Notes under the pieces: generated by a model
Database searches by the model: none
What the model was told of the DNA's origin: nothing
The model's input: only the letters and a program-made list of their open reading frames with translations
Made by a program: the position numbers and the translations under genes
NCBI GenBank assembly: GCA_001179505.1
Contig: CDMY01000802.1
Coordinates: 124,001 to 188,000, forward strand
Direction: 5' to 3'
Source of the DNA: Vitrella brassicaformis CCMP3155
Lineage: Eukaryota; Protista; Chromerida
DNA: 64,000 nt
Part shown: one piece after another, positions 1 through 12,600 of the stretch
How the letters are laid out: every line of letters starts with the position of its first letter
How positions within the stretch are numbered: the first letter of the stretch is position 1

Positions 1-3000
1 TCATGAGCACCTGCTTTGTCAACACGAGGTGCGTTTGCATGGCAGATACACACACATGGAATGGCCCCCCTTATGTGTGTAGCTCTCTCTGCTTGTGTGG
101 GTGCAGCACGCAGGCTGACAAGTGGACGCTCACCCAGTGCAACAAAACTCACGTGTACACATTTCCGGAGAGGGAATGTGCGCCAATGGACATGAGCAAC
201 AGCACGGTAAGCTCCCGTCCGCATGCAGGAAGGAATGCACATTTACCATGGATGTCTGTAATGAATGGGTTTGTTACCCATTCAGGCTTACGGCGTCTCC
301 TGCTGCGCTGATTCGGCCGTGCCCCATCGTACGTACGATGGACGCACATACACATACACAAATGCGCATCCATGCACTGAGAGATGGATGTGTCCGTTTG
401 TCCGTGTGTGTGCAGCCGAGTGGCTTCTGCTCGCGCATCAGATCGCACCCTCAATGTGGCCAACTGAATACGTACTTGGGCAGGCAATGGCGCGTTTGCA
501 TGAGTGAAGCCACACACCCACGTGTTTTGTTTGTGGGTGGGTGTGCGCAGATAGACATCGACACGTGCTGCCCTCGGGTGTTCTCGCAGATGGACAGTGT
601 CGATTGGGAACACTTCAGAGACGAGCAGACAGGAGTGTACACATTCCTGATGGAATGGCCCAATACAGTACGCACACAACCACACACATACACACACAGA
701 GACACATACACACACTCACACGTGTCATTCATGTGTAATCAGGAGTTCGATTCCCTCACGTGGCGGCAGTCCTCACCCCCCTTTGCGCAAGACGCGCAAA
801 GTGTCCAGCACGACAGCAGCACCGAGTATGTGTTCGGTGGTTTGCAGGTACACACACACATACACATGTATTCTCCCGTAAACGAGTGATGCATGCATCT
901 GTCGTCCATGCAGATGGGCGACAACCGATCGCTCGTGGTGGGCTCTGCAGACGAGAGAGCATACGTGGTTGGACATTCTGAGCTGACAGGTAGATACACT
1001 TATCTATCCCACAGACACATCCATCCATCCATGGGTGTGGTGTGTGCAGCGATCCCCGGCCCGTTGTTGAAGGCCACGGGCGAAGTGGCGTACGTCAACG
1101 AAGTCAAGCTGTGGATCAGAGGTGTGTATGATATGTGTCCATCCATCCATCCACCTCCGCCACACACACTTCTTTGTCTGTCTGTCTGTCTGTCTGTCTC
1201 AGCCCCATCAGCACGTTTCTCTTGGTGGAATGGTGGGTGCGCGCATCACAGACACACGCAGAGGCGCACATACCAACCAACATGTGTCTATGCTTGTATT
1301 GATGCAGACACCACCACCCCAGTGCCCTCGATCGCCCCCGTTGGCCAGTCCATCACCGACGAGTACCCCATACGCATCAACGTCACTTTCAACGAAGCCG
1401 TTTATGTGCGTGAGAATGCAAGTGAACCAGCTGCCAGCTGCCCACGAACACACAAGTGCTGTTTGTGCACGGTGCGCAGGATTTCACTGAATCGTCTGTG
1501 GCTTTGGAGAATGGCAGCATCCTCTCCATCGAGCCATTCGCCGACTCACGGAGGCGATATGCCATCGAGATCCATGTAACTGACGTACTTACACAGAGAG
1601 GCGCGCACCTTCGATCTGTGTCTGTTCGTGTGTCTGCCTGACAGCCACTGGCATACACAAGAGTGTCGCTACACATACGAGAGGGCACAGTGATGGATAC
1701 GAACGGCCTGCCCAACCGTGCGTCGAACACCGAAGGCTTCCTCTTCGGTATTCAGAAATATCCATTCGCCCGCATAGTCCGTCGCACCTGTGTGTGCGGT
1801 TTGCACTGCACTGCACGGACAGTGCCCGAGTGTGGGGATGTCCACGAGTGGGTCGATGCTACGACCGGCCACACGTGCGAATGGTACGGTACGCACAAGC
1901 GCAGAATGGATGGAAGCGTCTATACGTCCATCCATCCAACCACAGGTCTGTCATGCAGGTTTGCAGCCGATCCCTCTCGGTGCTATGAATGCCCCCATGC
2001 GAGAGAGGCTTTGATCAACTGCCAGGAGAGCTGTGGGCTCTGCCGATTGGACAGACCTGGTCTGTTTGTGTTTGCGCATGCTTGGAAGTGCGCACGTCCA
2101 CGGGCATGGCGTCCATCTCTGTGTGTGTGTGTGTGTGTGTGTCTCAGTGCTGTGCCATCCATACATGGTTGGAGATGGCGTGTGTGACGACGTGTGTCTG
2201 TTCAAGTCCTTTTCCTTCGATGGCGACGACTGCTGCGATGAAATGTGGGCGGGGTGGGGCGGGCACACACAATATATTACACACAGAGATATGTGTGTAT
2301 GTATGTGGCAACCCACACACACATTTGTGTCAGGCCTTCCTTCGATTCGTGTCATGCGTGCACCAACTTCTGGACCAAGTAAGCCAATACTCACAAAGGC
2401 ATCCATCCACACACATACACTCATAGACAGAGACAGAGAGACATAGATACGCACACACACAAGTGTCTCTTCTGCAGCTATTCCGCCTGCCCCCCTCCCT
2501 CACCCACACCCACACCCACCTCTACCCCACCCCAATGTCGCTCCCCTTCTCCCTGCCCCTATCTGTGGACCCACGGCTTCTCCCTCCCACGGCTGGACGG
2601 GATCTACGCACTCACAGACACGCGTGTGTACACCAAAGGCCAATACGAGATCGTCTACGAGGAAGGACAAGGCAAGTGGTGTGTCCGAGACAAGGAGAGT
2701 GGGGGCGGTGGAGGACTGTGTCTAGTGGAGCAGATCGGTGGTGAGAATGGGCCGCATGCGAGTGTAGGTTGGAGGAATGACGCGCAGCAGTGGACGGAAT
2801 ACGTGAGCATCGCTTGTCGAAATGAAGGTACCAACCAACACACGCACCACACACAGACACCATCATGTGCTGGGGGCTCTGTGCCTCTCTCTTTCTCTTT
2901 CCTTTCCTGCAGACGGCTTCCCCCCCGTGCTGACTGTCGAGCTCACCTCTCTCACCCTCCCCCCATCCACGCGGATCCGCACGGACCGACCCGTCATGGC

Positions 3001-3924
3001 TGTCTCCTGCCTCTCCATGCCTCCCTCCGCCCTTCCATCCACCTCTCCCTCCACCATCACGCAGCAAGGCGCTTCTGTTGCTCTCTCTGATGCTGAGAGC
3101 GTGGAGATCGGTGTCCCATTTTATGGTGGCGAGAGCAGCACAAGTGAGGAGATCGGCGTCGTCTGCTATGCGACAGAGCTGGGCGAGAGGTGGAGGGACC
3201 CCTTGGTGGTCTTCCGCCCATCTAATCGGTCAGAGCTGCCTACGGCCTTTCCGTGGCGAGACAACTTTGCGTGCACCAACACCGATACCTCTGTGTGTGG
3301 GGCTGGGCCGATCGAGATAAAGATGGACTGGCGAGAGAGGATCGTTCTGCGACAGTCGGGGGCAGACACGTGCACTGAGGGTGCGGGTGGCCACCTTGTC
3401 TATCCGCTGCCTTTTCCCTTCGCCCACCCCTCTTTGCTCGCCTTCGCCCGCTTCCATGCTCTCATCATGTGTGTGGGCGGTGAGGAGAGTGAGGGTGTCC
3501 TGCGCCACGACGCCAACCTTTTCGTGCAGTGGGGGAATGGCACGGTTTTCGACGTACTTGTCGACACGGTCGGCCCTCTGCACGTGCCCCCTTCTTCCCG
3601 CACTCGCTCTGTCTTCCATGCGCACGCGTCTGTGCATGGCAATGATGGTTTTACAACCGTGCGGTTTTTCGATGGTGCACAGCAGCAAGTGCTGTTCACG
3701 GACAGGCCGGGGCCGGCAGGGGAGGAACGTGTCTCCTTTGCAGTAGAGTTTTCCTTCACGAGTGGAGGCGAGACAGAGGAGGGGCAGTATGGTGGGTATG
3801 GCGGGCTGGAGGGCGGGGGGACCTTCCCTTGTCGGCAGGGGTGGTCTGCTGACGTCACCATCGAGACCACAGGTAGCCACACAAACACAACCTGGACACA
3901 GGGAACCTTTCTCGGCCATGTCTC

Positions 3925-3955
<31 letters not shown>

Positions 3956-6627
3956 GAGATGGCTCCATTTCTGGTGCTCTCACCAGAAGACACATCATGG
4001 CGCGACAAATCCGGCAGACGACCCATATGCACACCCAGCTCCCCCGGTCCTATCGCTTTCCTTACTCTCGTCGGCGCACAGGCCTTCTCCCGCCCCCCCG
4101 TGTGTGTGCAGGGAGAAACATGCCTTGTCCGCCTGTCTGGGCATGACCTCACTTCAGCTGACCGCATCAAGGCCACCGATCTGCGTGTGGCGGAGTCGTG
4201 TCTCGATGAGACATATGGGTTTGATTATTTCGGAGGGCTGGTTGCCAACCCCGTGGCTCCATCTGGCGTCTCTTTCTCGCAAGCGGAGTTTGTGCTGGAT
4301 GTCAAGGCCTTTGCGACACCCAGGGACTACACACTCTGCTACTGCTATGCAGGCGATCCTGATGCTCCTGATGGTGACTGCGGCAACTTCACGGCTTACA
4401 GAAAGAAGCTTGGGACGTTCTACGTGGTGAAACTGGCAGAGGAGAACCATCACTTCACGTGCTCCGTTGGGCAGACCTGCCGGTTCGACGTCTCTGGGAC
4501 CTTCTTCTCCGGCAGCCTTGACGCAGTGGCCGTGTCGCTGCCCTCACCTGAGCAGCCAGGGTGCTCGCCCTTCCCCTCCCTCTTTGCCAAGACCGTTCAC
4601 GTGTCGTCTTCTGCCGTTCCTGAGCCACAAAACGGGGAGATGATCGACTCCCTCTCCTTCGATCTGGGGGTACCTTCGCAACCGGGGCTGTTTGCCGTGT
4701 GCTTCTGCTTTGACAGCGGGGACAGCTGTCTGTTCGACCCTCCACGCGTTGTGGGAGAGCTGGAGATAAGGGGTGTGCGGCTCTCTGTGGATGCGATTTG
4801 TCTTTCTGGGCGGCGTGAGGGGTGCTCTGTGGTGCTGACGGGGATTGGTCTCGAAGAGAGCCACAGAGCGATGCTCACAGAGGGAGAGGCTGAGTGCGGC
4901 TCCCCTCTATCTGTCCCCCTGGCAACCGCGCGAGCCACCTCCCTCACAGCAGATGCCGTCGGCCTCGATTTCGGAGCCATTGGCGTGGCAGAGGGAGAGG
5001 TGCGTGTGTGCTACTGCGCCTCCCGGACAGGCTGTTCCCTCTCTGCTGAGTACACGATTGACGCGGGGAGGTTGCTGGTGCTGCGGGAGTGTCCTGTGGT
5101 GTCGGTGCATGTGCTTAATGAGGAGCAGTTCGGGACCTCCACACACACCCACACTGATGGCGATTTCGCTCGGCTAGAGGCTTTGTACTACCGTCAGAGC
5201 GATAAGCTTCTTGCGACACAGGTATCTTAAGACATCCATCCATGCATACAAATCTTCATTGCTGTCTCTCTCCACTGGAACGCATGTGTGTGTGTCAGGA
5301 TGGCGCCATGCGGGCTGTGCTGAACGAGACGAGCGGAAGATGGCAAATTGATGACGGCACGACGAGTGTCTTCACCGCGTCAGCGGCCTTTCCCACTGCC
5401 GTGCCACCCTCCCTCGCGTATGTGTCAGTGGACGGCAGCCAAGGGGTGTTTCTGCGAGTGGTGTGTCACGCGTATGCCCTCACACGCCAAGAAGGACAAC
5501 AGCAGACGGCACCATTCAACTGCACTCGGTACACGCCTGCCTCACACACACACACCCACACACCATATTTGTGTGTCTGTAATGGTAATTTGTTGTGTGA
5601 GCAGGAGTGTGCCCTGCAGTGTGTCGTTCTGGCGGTATGGCTATGACGAGTATCTGCAGATGACACAGCAGAGCGATCGACCGCCTGACGCACTGCAAGT
5701 CATCCCTTCAGGTCAGTCAGTATGAGAGACACCCAGAGAGAGACACGCACACACGCATCCACACACGTACAGGTAAGTGTCTTGGTCTTGTAGGCTCTGT
5801 GTGTGGGCAGGGGGCCTCTGTGTCGTCACATCTGCCGCTCAGCTACGTCAATCAAGAGGGCAAGACATGCGTCAATTTTGATCTAGGTCGGTGTCGTCGG
5901 TGGGGTGGGGATGCGTTCACCTGTGTCTGTCTGTCTGTCTGTCTGTGTGCAGGGTCGCCCAGAACCCGGGGCGTCTTCCAGCTGTGTGCGTGCGTCAGCC
6001 GAGCTGATGACCAGGACCAATGTAACTAATAGCTAACTCATGCCCACACCCACCCAAAGAAAAAGGGTGTGTGTGGTGTGTGATGGGCTCACACATTCTT
6101 GCAGGCCAGAGCAGCATGCCGACAGGCGCTCTGCGCATTGTGGGCGTCGACGGTACAAATACAACGAACGCATCGCCCGCCATTCTGTTCATGCACACCA
6201 TATATATGTGTCTGTGTCTGTGTGGGTAGAGATGGCGGCGCAGGAGTGTGTGCGCGATAGCTACAACTGCACTCTCACTGCGACTGGGGTGGAGCTCACT
6301 GCCAGTGACGCCGTTCGCGTCATCGACACACTTGCAGGTGCCTGCCAGCGCATCCATCTGTATGTGTGTGTGTATGCACACGAATGTGCCTCCCTCCCTC
6401 TGTGTCTGCACAATCACAATCGTGGGAGCAGGTTGTGGCGATCCGGCAGCCCCTTCTGTGTCTGAAATCGCCACCAACCCGGCAAGAGCCGACCCATCAT
6501 CACTCACGCCGCCCCGCACACGAGTGGCGTTCAACCTGGGGGTGGCCACACGTGCGGGCGTCTTCCGCATCTGCATGTGTGCCGGCTATTTGAGCTGCGA
6601 TCAGCCAGAACACTTCACACAGACGGT

Positions 6628-6658
<31 letters not shown>

Positions 6659-9600
6659 GGTGATACGTCTGTGTGGGTGTGCGCACAGGTGGGGAGTCTG
6701 ATTGTGAGCGGGCCGGAGGACACTCACCGATTCAGCGCCATTATCGGACAGGCGAGGCCATGTAAACATACACACATGTCTCTCGCTCTGTGTGTGTGTG
6801 CGTGTGTGTGCAGGAGTTCACACTGACAATCGGGGGCTGGGGCTTGCAGCCGTCCTCTGGTGTGGTCATCGTCAACGCCTCCACCCCCTGCTCCGCCATG
6901 CCCACACGCAACGACCCGGCAATCGTCCAGACCCCCACACGAGCAATCGGTCGGTGTGTGCACACAAGGCCGTACACACACATACGTACGTCTTTGCGTG
7001 TGTGTGTACCAATGTCTAGGTGGGGGCACGTTTCTGGCGTTTGAGGGCGTCAAGCTAGCGCAGCAGGGGGAATTCCACGTCTGCTGGTGGGCATGTATAC
7101 GATCCACTCGGCTGATTCATGAATCAATGGCTGGGTCGATTGGCTGGCTGCAGGTCTGTCAATCCCTCTGGCGGCAAGCCTTATCAATCAGAGGTGTGTG
7201 GCTGACAGCCATACATGCATGCGGGCCTTCGATCACGCATGCGTCCATGTGCATGTCTGTCTCTGTGGATGTCCCCCTCTCTGCGTGTGCATTGATTGGC
7301 AGGTGGGTCGTGTCTTCAGTGTGATCGGTGCCCCCGCAAACCTCTTCTACCCATCCATTCGAGTACACCCCCCNNNNNNNNNNNNNNNNNNNNNNNNNNN
7401 NNNNNNNNNNNNNNNNNNNNNNNNNNNNNNNNNNNNNNNNNNNNNNNNNNNNNNNNNNNNNNNNNNNNNNNNNNNNNNNNNNNNNNNNNNNNNNNNNNNN
7501 NNNNNNNNNNNNNNNNNNNNNNNNNNNNNNNNNNNNNNNNNNNNNNNNNNNNNNNNNNNNNNNNNNNNNNNNNNNNNNNNNNNNNNNNNNNNNNNNNNNN
7601 NNNNNNNNNNNNNNNNNNNNNNNNNNNNNNNNNNNNNNNNNNNNNNNNNNNNNNNNNNNNNNNNNNNNNNNNNCCCCCCCCCCCCCCTCCACACGCACAC
7701 ACACAGAGGCGAGCGGCGCATTGTTTGCATACCGCAGCCGTCGCAATACATCCCGCTGAACGCGCCGTTCATGGCCATGCCCACCCTCGCCAGCACCGAG
7801 AGTGTGTTGGAGGGATGGGCTGTAAACCCAATGCTGCCTCAAGGTACACTTGATGAAAACCCCGATCTGTCCACAAGTTTGGGTGTACACGAGTAGGTCT
7901 ACGCATCAGCGATCGTGGCATCATTGAGGGCACCCCCGGCATAGCGGCGCCCCTGCGGACGTACGTATCTGTGCAGGCAGCCGGGGAAACACCGATGGAC
8001 AGCCATGTGTCTGTGTGTGTGTGTGTGTCTCTTAGGTACACTGTGTCCGCATACAACACTGAGGGCTCCACCAACACAAGCGTGTCTCTCTTCGTCGGAT
8101 GCCCTGCTGGTATGTATCCCTGCACCACACATACGCATACATCCTCGCAAGCGCATTTGTGTGTTCGATGGTGTGTTTGGTGCAGGGATGCGTGTGTCGG
8201 TCAGCGGCACATCGTGTGTGCCCTGCCCTCGCGGTGAATACAGACTGCAGACGAGCAGCGACCTCGACGGTGCCCACACCGCCACACCGCAAACACACTA
8301 GTCGAGCACACCCCATTGCATGGCATGGCATGGATGTACAGGTCTATACAACTGCACGCCGTGTGCGGCTAACCGCTCGACAGAGACGGAAGGCGCGCAA
8401 TCACAGAGAGAGGTCGGTGTCTTGGAGACATGTGTATGCGTCGAGTCGTTTGGCATTTCTGTGTGTGTATTTCCCCTCCCACTGAAATGCAGTGCAAGTG
8501 TGACGCGGGGTACCAGCTGCTGACGGACGATCGGTGTGAGATGTGCCCAAAGGTACATCGCACACCCAGATATCAGCCTCAATACACACACATACACATG
8601 TCTGCAGGGCTTGTACAAGTCCTCTGTGAGCGACAGCGCCTGTGGCTCATGCGGCGCATTCAGGTAGCCATCCGCCCACCCGCCCACATGGAGACGGACA
8701 CACAGGGCGTTCATCTTCTGTCTCCCTCACTGTGTGTTCATTTAGGACGACACACGCACCTGGCGCGTCGAGCGAGTCGATGTGCGTATGTGTGAGCGGA
8801 TATTTCTTCGATAAAGACGGCAACAACGACACATGCATCAGGTGGACACACATCTGCATACACACTCCCGGAATCAAGCGGCGTTCTCTTTCCATGTGAA
8901 TGCACAGGTGCACCCCCGGCTTCTACTGCCCTGAGGGCGACGACCGTCTGCGTTGTCCCACCAACATGACGATCAAGAGCGCTGGGGCGCGGGGGCGGGA
9001 CGAATGTGTGAGGGATGCACAGAGAGACAGAGTTTATTCCACACACATAGAGATGCGGCATGTATCAAATCAAATCTGTCTATGTGTATGCAGGTGTGCG
9101 CGAAAGGGTACGCCATCGACACCCACACAGACACAGACACAGACACGGACGCATGCACGCCGTGTCCAGTCGGCTTCTACAAGACACAAGCTGGTGTGCA
9201 CAGCCCCCTCTCCCCCCCTCTGTCGACCAACTCATGCGGGCGTGTATCTGTCTCTGTGTGGCTCTCCAGGCAACACGAGCTGTACGCCGTGCACGAGTGA
9301 CGGGTCAACCATCACGCTAAGCGAGGCATCCACTGACGCCACTGACTGCATATGCGACCAGGACAAGGGCTACGTATTGGCTACAAATACGTTGTGAGCG
9401 TGTTGCCTTCGAAGAGCATGTCTTTCTGTGTGTGAGTAGATTTGTGCAGAAGCTGCTGGAGGGAGGGAGAGGTGGCGTCCAGTGTGTCTGCCCGCCCGGC
9501 CGGTCGCCCTCGTCCGATCTGTCTCGATGTGTGTCGTGCCCTAGCGGCTCCTACAAACAAGAAGCCGCCAATCGAGTGCGCACACAGAGAGAGAGAGAGA

Positions 9601-12600
9601 GAGATAAAGAGACAGACATATACTTTTACTTGTGGGCAGGGTTGCGATCAATGTCCAGGGGAAGGCCGCGCCACAGCTGAGAACGCCACCAGCATCGACC
9701 AATGCCTCTGCATGGTAACCCTACCCTGCCCCCTCCTCCGCCCTTCTCCGCCCAACACACGTCTCTCTTTCTCTTTGTCTACAGAGAGGTTACGCATTCA
9801 ACAGGGTGACCGGCCTCTGCACGCGGTGCGAACAGGGGTCCTACCAGCCGTCAGTCGGCCGGTCACCCCAGTGCACCGACTGCCCCCCCACACTCACCAC
9901 CACACGCGATGGCGCCACTGATGTGGCGGAGTGCACGTGTGACGAGGGGCAGTACTTCAACCGGTAGGTGTGGTGAGACATCCTGTTGAGAGCGCATGCA
10001 CTCAGGGGTTTGTGTTGTGTGTGGTGTGGTGTGTGTGTGTGTAGGGAGACGGAGCGGTGTGTGACGTGCCGAGAGGGGGATGGACACAACTGCACTGGGG
10101 GGAAAGAGGTAGTGCACATACGGCCGGCCACCCACTTGTGTGTCTGTATTGGCGTCCGTGCAGCTGCCTCTCGTCTTGTCGGGCTACTGGGGGTCACCGA
10201 TTTCAGAGAGAGATGAGGTGCAGTCAGTGCACAAGCCACACTGTCTGTCTGTCTGTGCACTGCACAAAGGACACTCATGGTGTGCGCACGGCGCATTCAT
10301 ACGCACACAGGCGGCTTTCACTGGCTACGAGATATACCAATGCGAGCCAATCGGTGCTTGCCCAGGTGACCTGGTGCCTGGCGCATTGAGTCACCAGTGG
10401 ACCATTTGCCCTCTCTCTCTGTCTGTCTGTCTGTCTGTCTGTCTGTGTCTGTGTGTGTGTGTGTGTGCGTGCGTGTGTAGGTGGCCAGGCTGACACGTGC
10501 GCGGCCAATCGAGAGGGCCTCGCATGCGGCGTGTGCAAACGCGGATACGTCGACGCGCAAAACACCGGTCGGTATGCATCACAGTGCGCCAAAGACCACA
10601 TATATGAGTGCTATGTAGGCCATACATTTGTGTTGTGTGTGTGCAGGGCCATGCACCGAGTGCAACACCACCAAGGGTATCCGTTTCCCTCCAAGCTCAG
10701 AGACAGACATGATTGATTGTCTACGTGTGCGTGCAGGGTATACGACGCCCCTGCTGTTCCTCTTTGGGGTGACCCTCCTGTGCGGCGCCTTCTACGTCGC
10801 AATCAACTCGCAGTTCACCGCGTATGCATACATACACACACACGCAGAGGCACACGCAGAGGGACACTCGTCTGTGTACGTGTGTGCAGGCGGACCACTG
10901 TGACGTCCATTGTGTCTCTGTCTTTGGGGCTCACGCTCAACTTCATACAGCAGCTGGGCGTCGCTTACAACTCATACGCCGTGCAGTGGTGCGCAAGCAT
11001 GCGATAAGATGCAAAAGAGAGAGAGAGAGAGAGAGAGCAGCGGCCCTCATAGCGATGTCATGCCGCTGCTCTCATTCTCGCTGCAGGCCGTTGTCATTCT
11101 CGGCGTATTTTCAGTACCTGAATGTGTTTCTGCTGGACTTTTCCTTCATACGCATCTCGTGCATCGGCGTCAACACATTCGAAAGACGGTGCGGTCCGCA
11201 CACACACACATGCGCTCCCACCCATCTGCAGAGGTGTGTGTGTGTGGGCGTGTGTGCAGATACGTATTCGAGCTGGCGAGCCCCTTCATACTGCTGGCGA
11301 TATTCTTTGTGTATTGGTTGCTGTCATACGCTGTGCATTTACTCGTGAGAAATGTACGCATGTGCGAGAAGACAAGAATAGATATGTTCGGTGGGTGTAC
11401 TGGCGCATTGTGTGCAGGTGAACGCTCCCCGTGTGCGTCTGCTGCGTGTGCTCAAAGGTATGATCATGAATGTGTGTGTGGTGGGTGAGTGAGTGGGGGT
11501 AGGGGGTCTGGCTGTGTGTGTGTGTGCCGGCTTGTGTGCACTGCAGATGGCACGCCCCTGGACATGGACAAGCTGTTCAGCACCATTGGTATTCAATTCA
11601 CACAATTAACTACACGCGAGAGACATTCATTTGCGTGCGTGAATGTATGTGTGGCGTGTGTCTCTTGTGTGCTGACAGGTGTGATAATATCTGCTGCGTA
11701 CATCGCTCTGGCAAGGATTGCTCTCAGCCTCTTCACTTGCAGAAAGGTACAGACAGATAAGCTTATGCGCGGGCACACAACACACCCACCATGCCAGTAT
11801 CCATCCACGCACACAACACAGCATCCGTCCGGCCAGTGGACCATCAAGGCATTCCCTGAAGTGTTGTGTAGAGGTAGGTAACACACACATGAACACTTCG
11901 AGTGTACACATACGTTTCCTGTGTGTCACACCCTTGCGTGTGTCCATCTCCTTCGCACACACAGGAAATCGCTTCGCGTCTGTGTTGCCTTTCGGTGTGT
12001 CGGCCATCATTCTGTACCCAATCGGAATACTGCTCTGGTTCGGGGGCGTCTGCATACGCGTAAGTGTCTGTCTATCCATGTATGAGAGACACACGCACAT
12101 ACTTCCACAAATCATGCATTCACACAGGCCCCGTATCGCTTCGATGACGTGAGATTCCGCACTCGGTGAGCAGCAGAGTAAGTGAGTGGCGAATGTGCGT
12201 GGTGTCTATGTGTCCCTCCCTGCATCTGCGCGTGTGTGTGCGTGTGCGTGCGTGTGTGTGAGTAGGTACAAGTTCCTTTTGTATCGGTTCACGCCCGACA
12301 AGTACTGGTGGGGTGTGGTCATACTCGCGAGGTGGGTGGATGGCTGCACCACAGAAATGCGGCGAAGGACATGCTTACATGGGGTGTCTCGTCTCGTGTG
12401 TGTGCAGGAATATGCTGCTGACGCTGGCAGCAGTCATCTTCCCATCTGATGGCTACGCGCAGGTGGCTCTTTCATTGCCATGCACACAGAGGGCATAAGA
12501 TGGATCTGCGTATATGTGTGTGTGTGTGTGCAGGTGTACTACACGGCAGCTGTGCTGATTGTGAGTGTCGTCATGCAAGTCAGTCAGCACACACACACCG

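Noticed and set aside
3873-3956. ORF 2822..5230 as one 802-aa exon
   Set aside because: It contains at least one in-frame, stop-free 84-nt intron (gtagcc...tgtgcag), and its first 30 or so codons are intronic.
7360-7690. Poly-Pro/poly-Gly ORFs spanning the N gap
   Set aside because: The poly-C and the gap lie within an intron (GT 7363 to AG about 7706), and the gap length is arbitrary.
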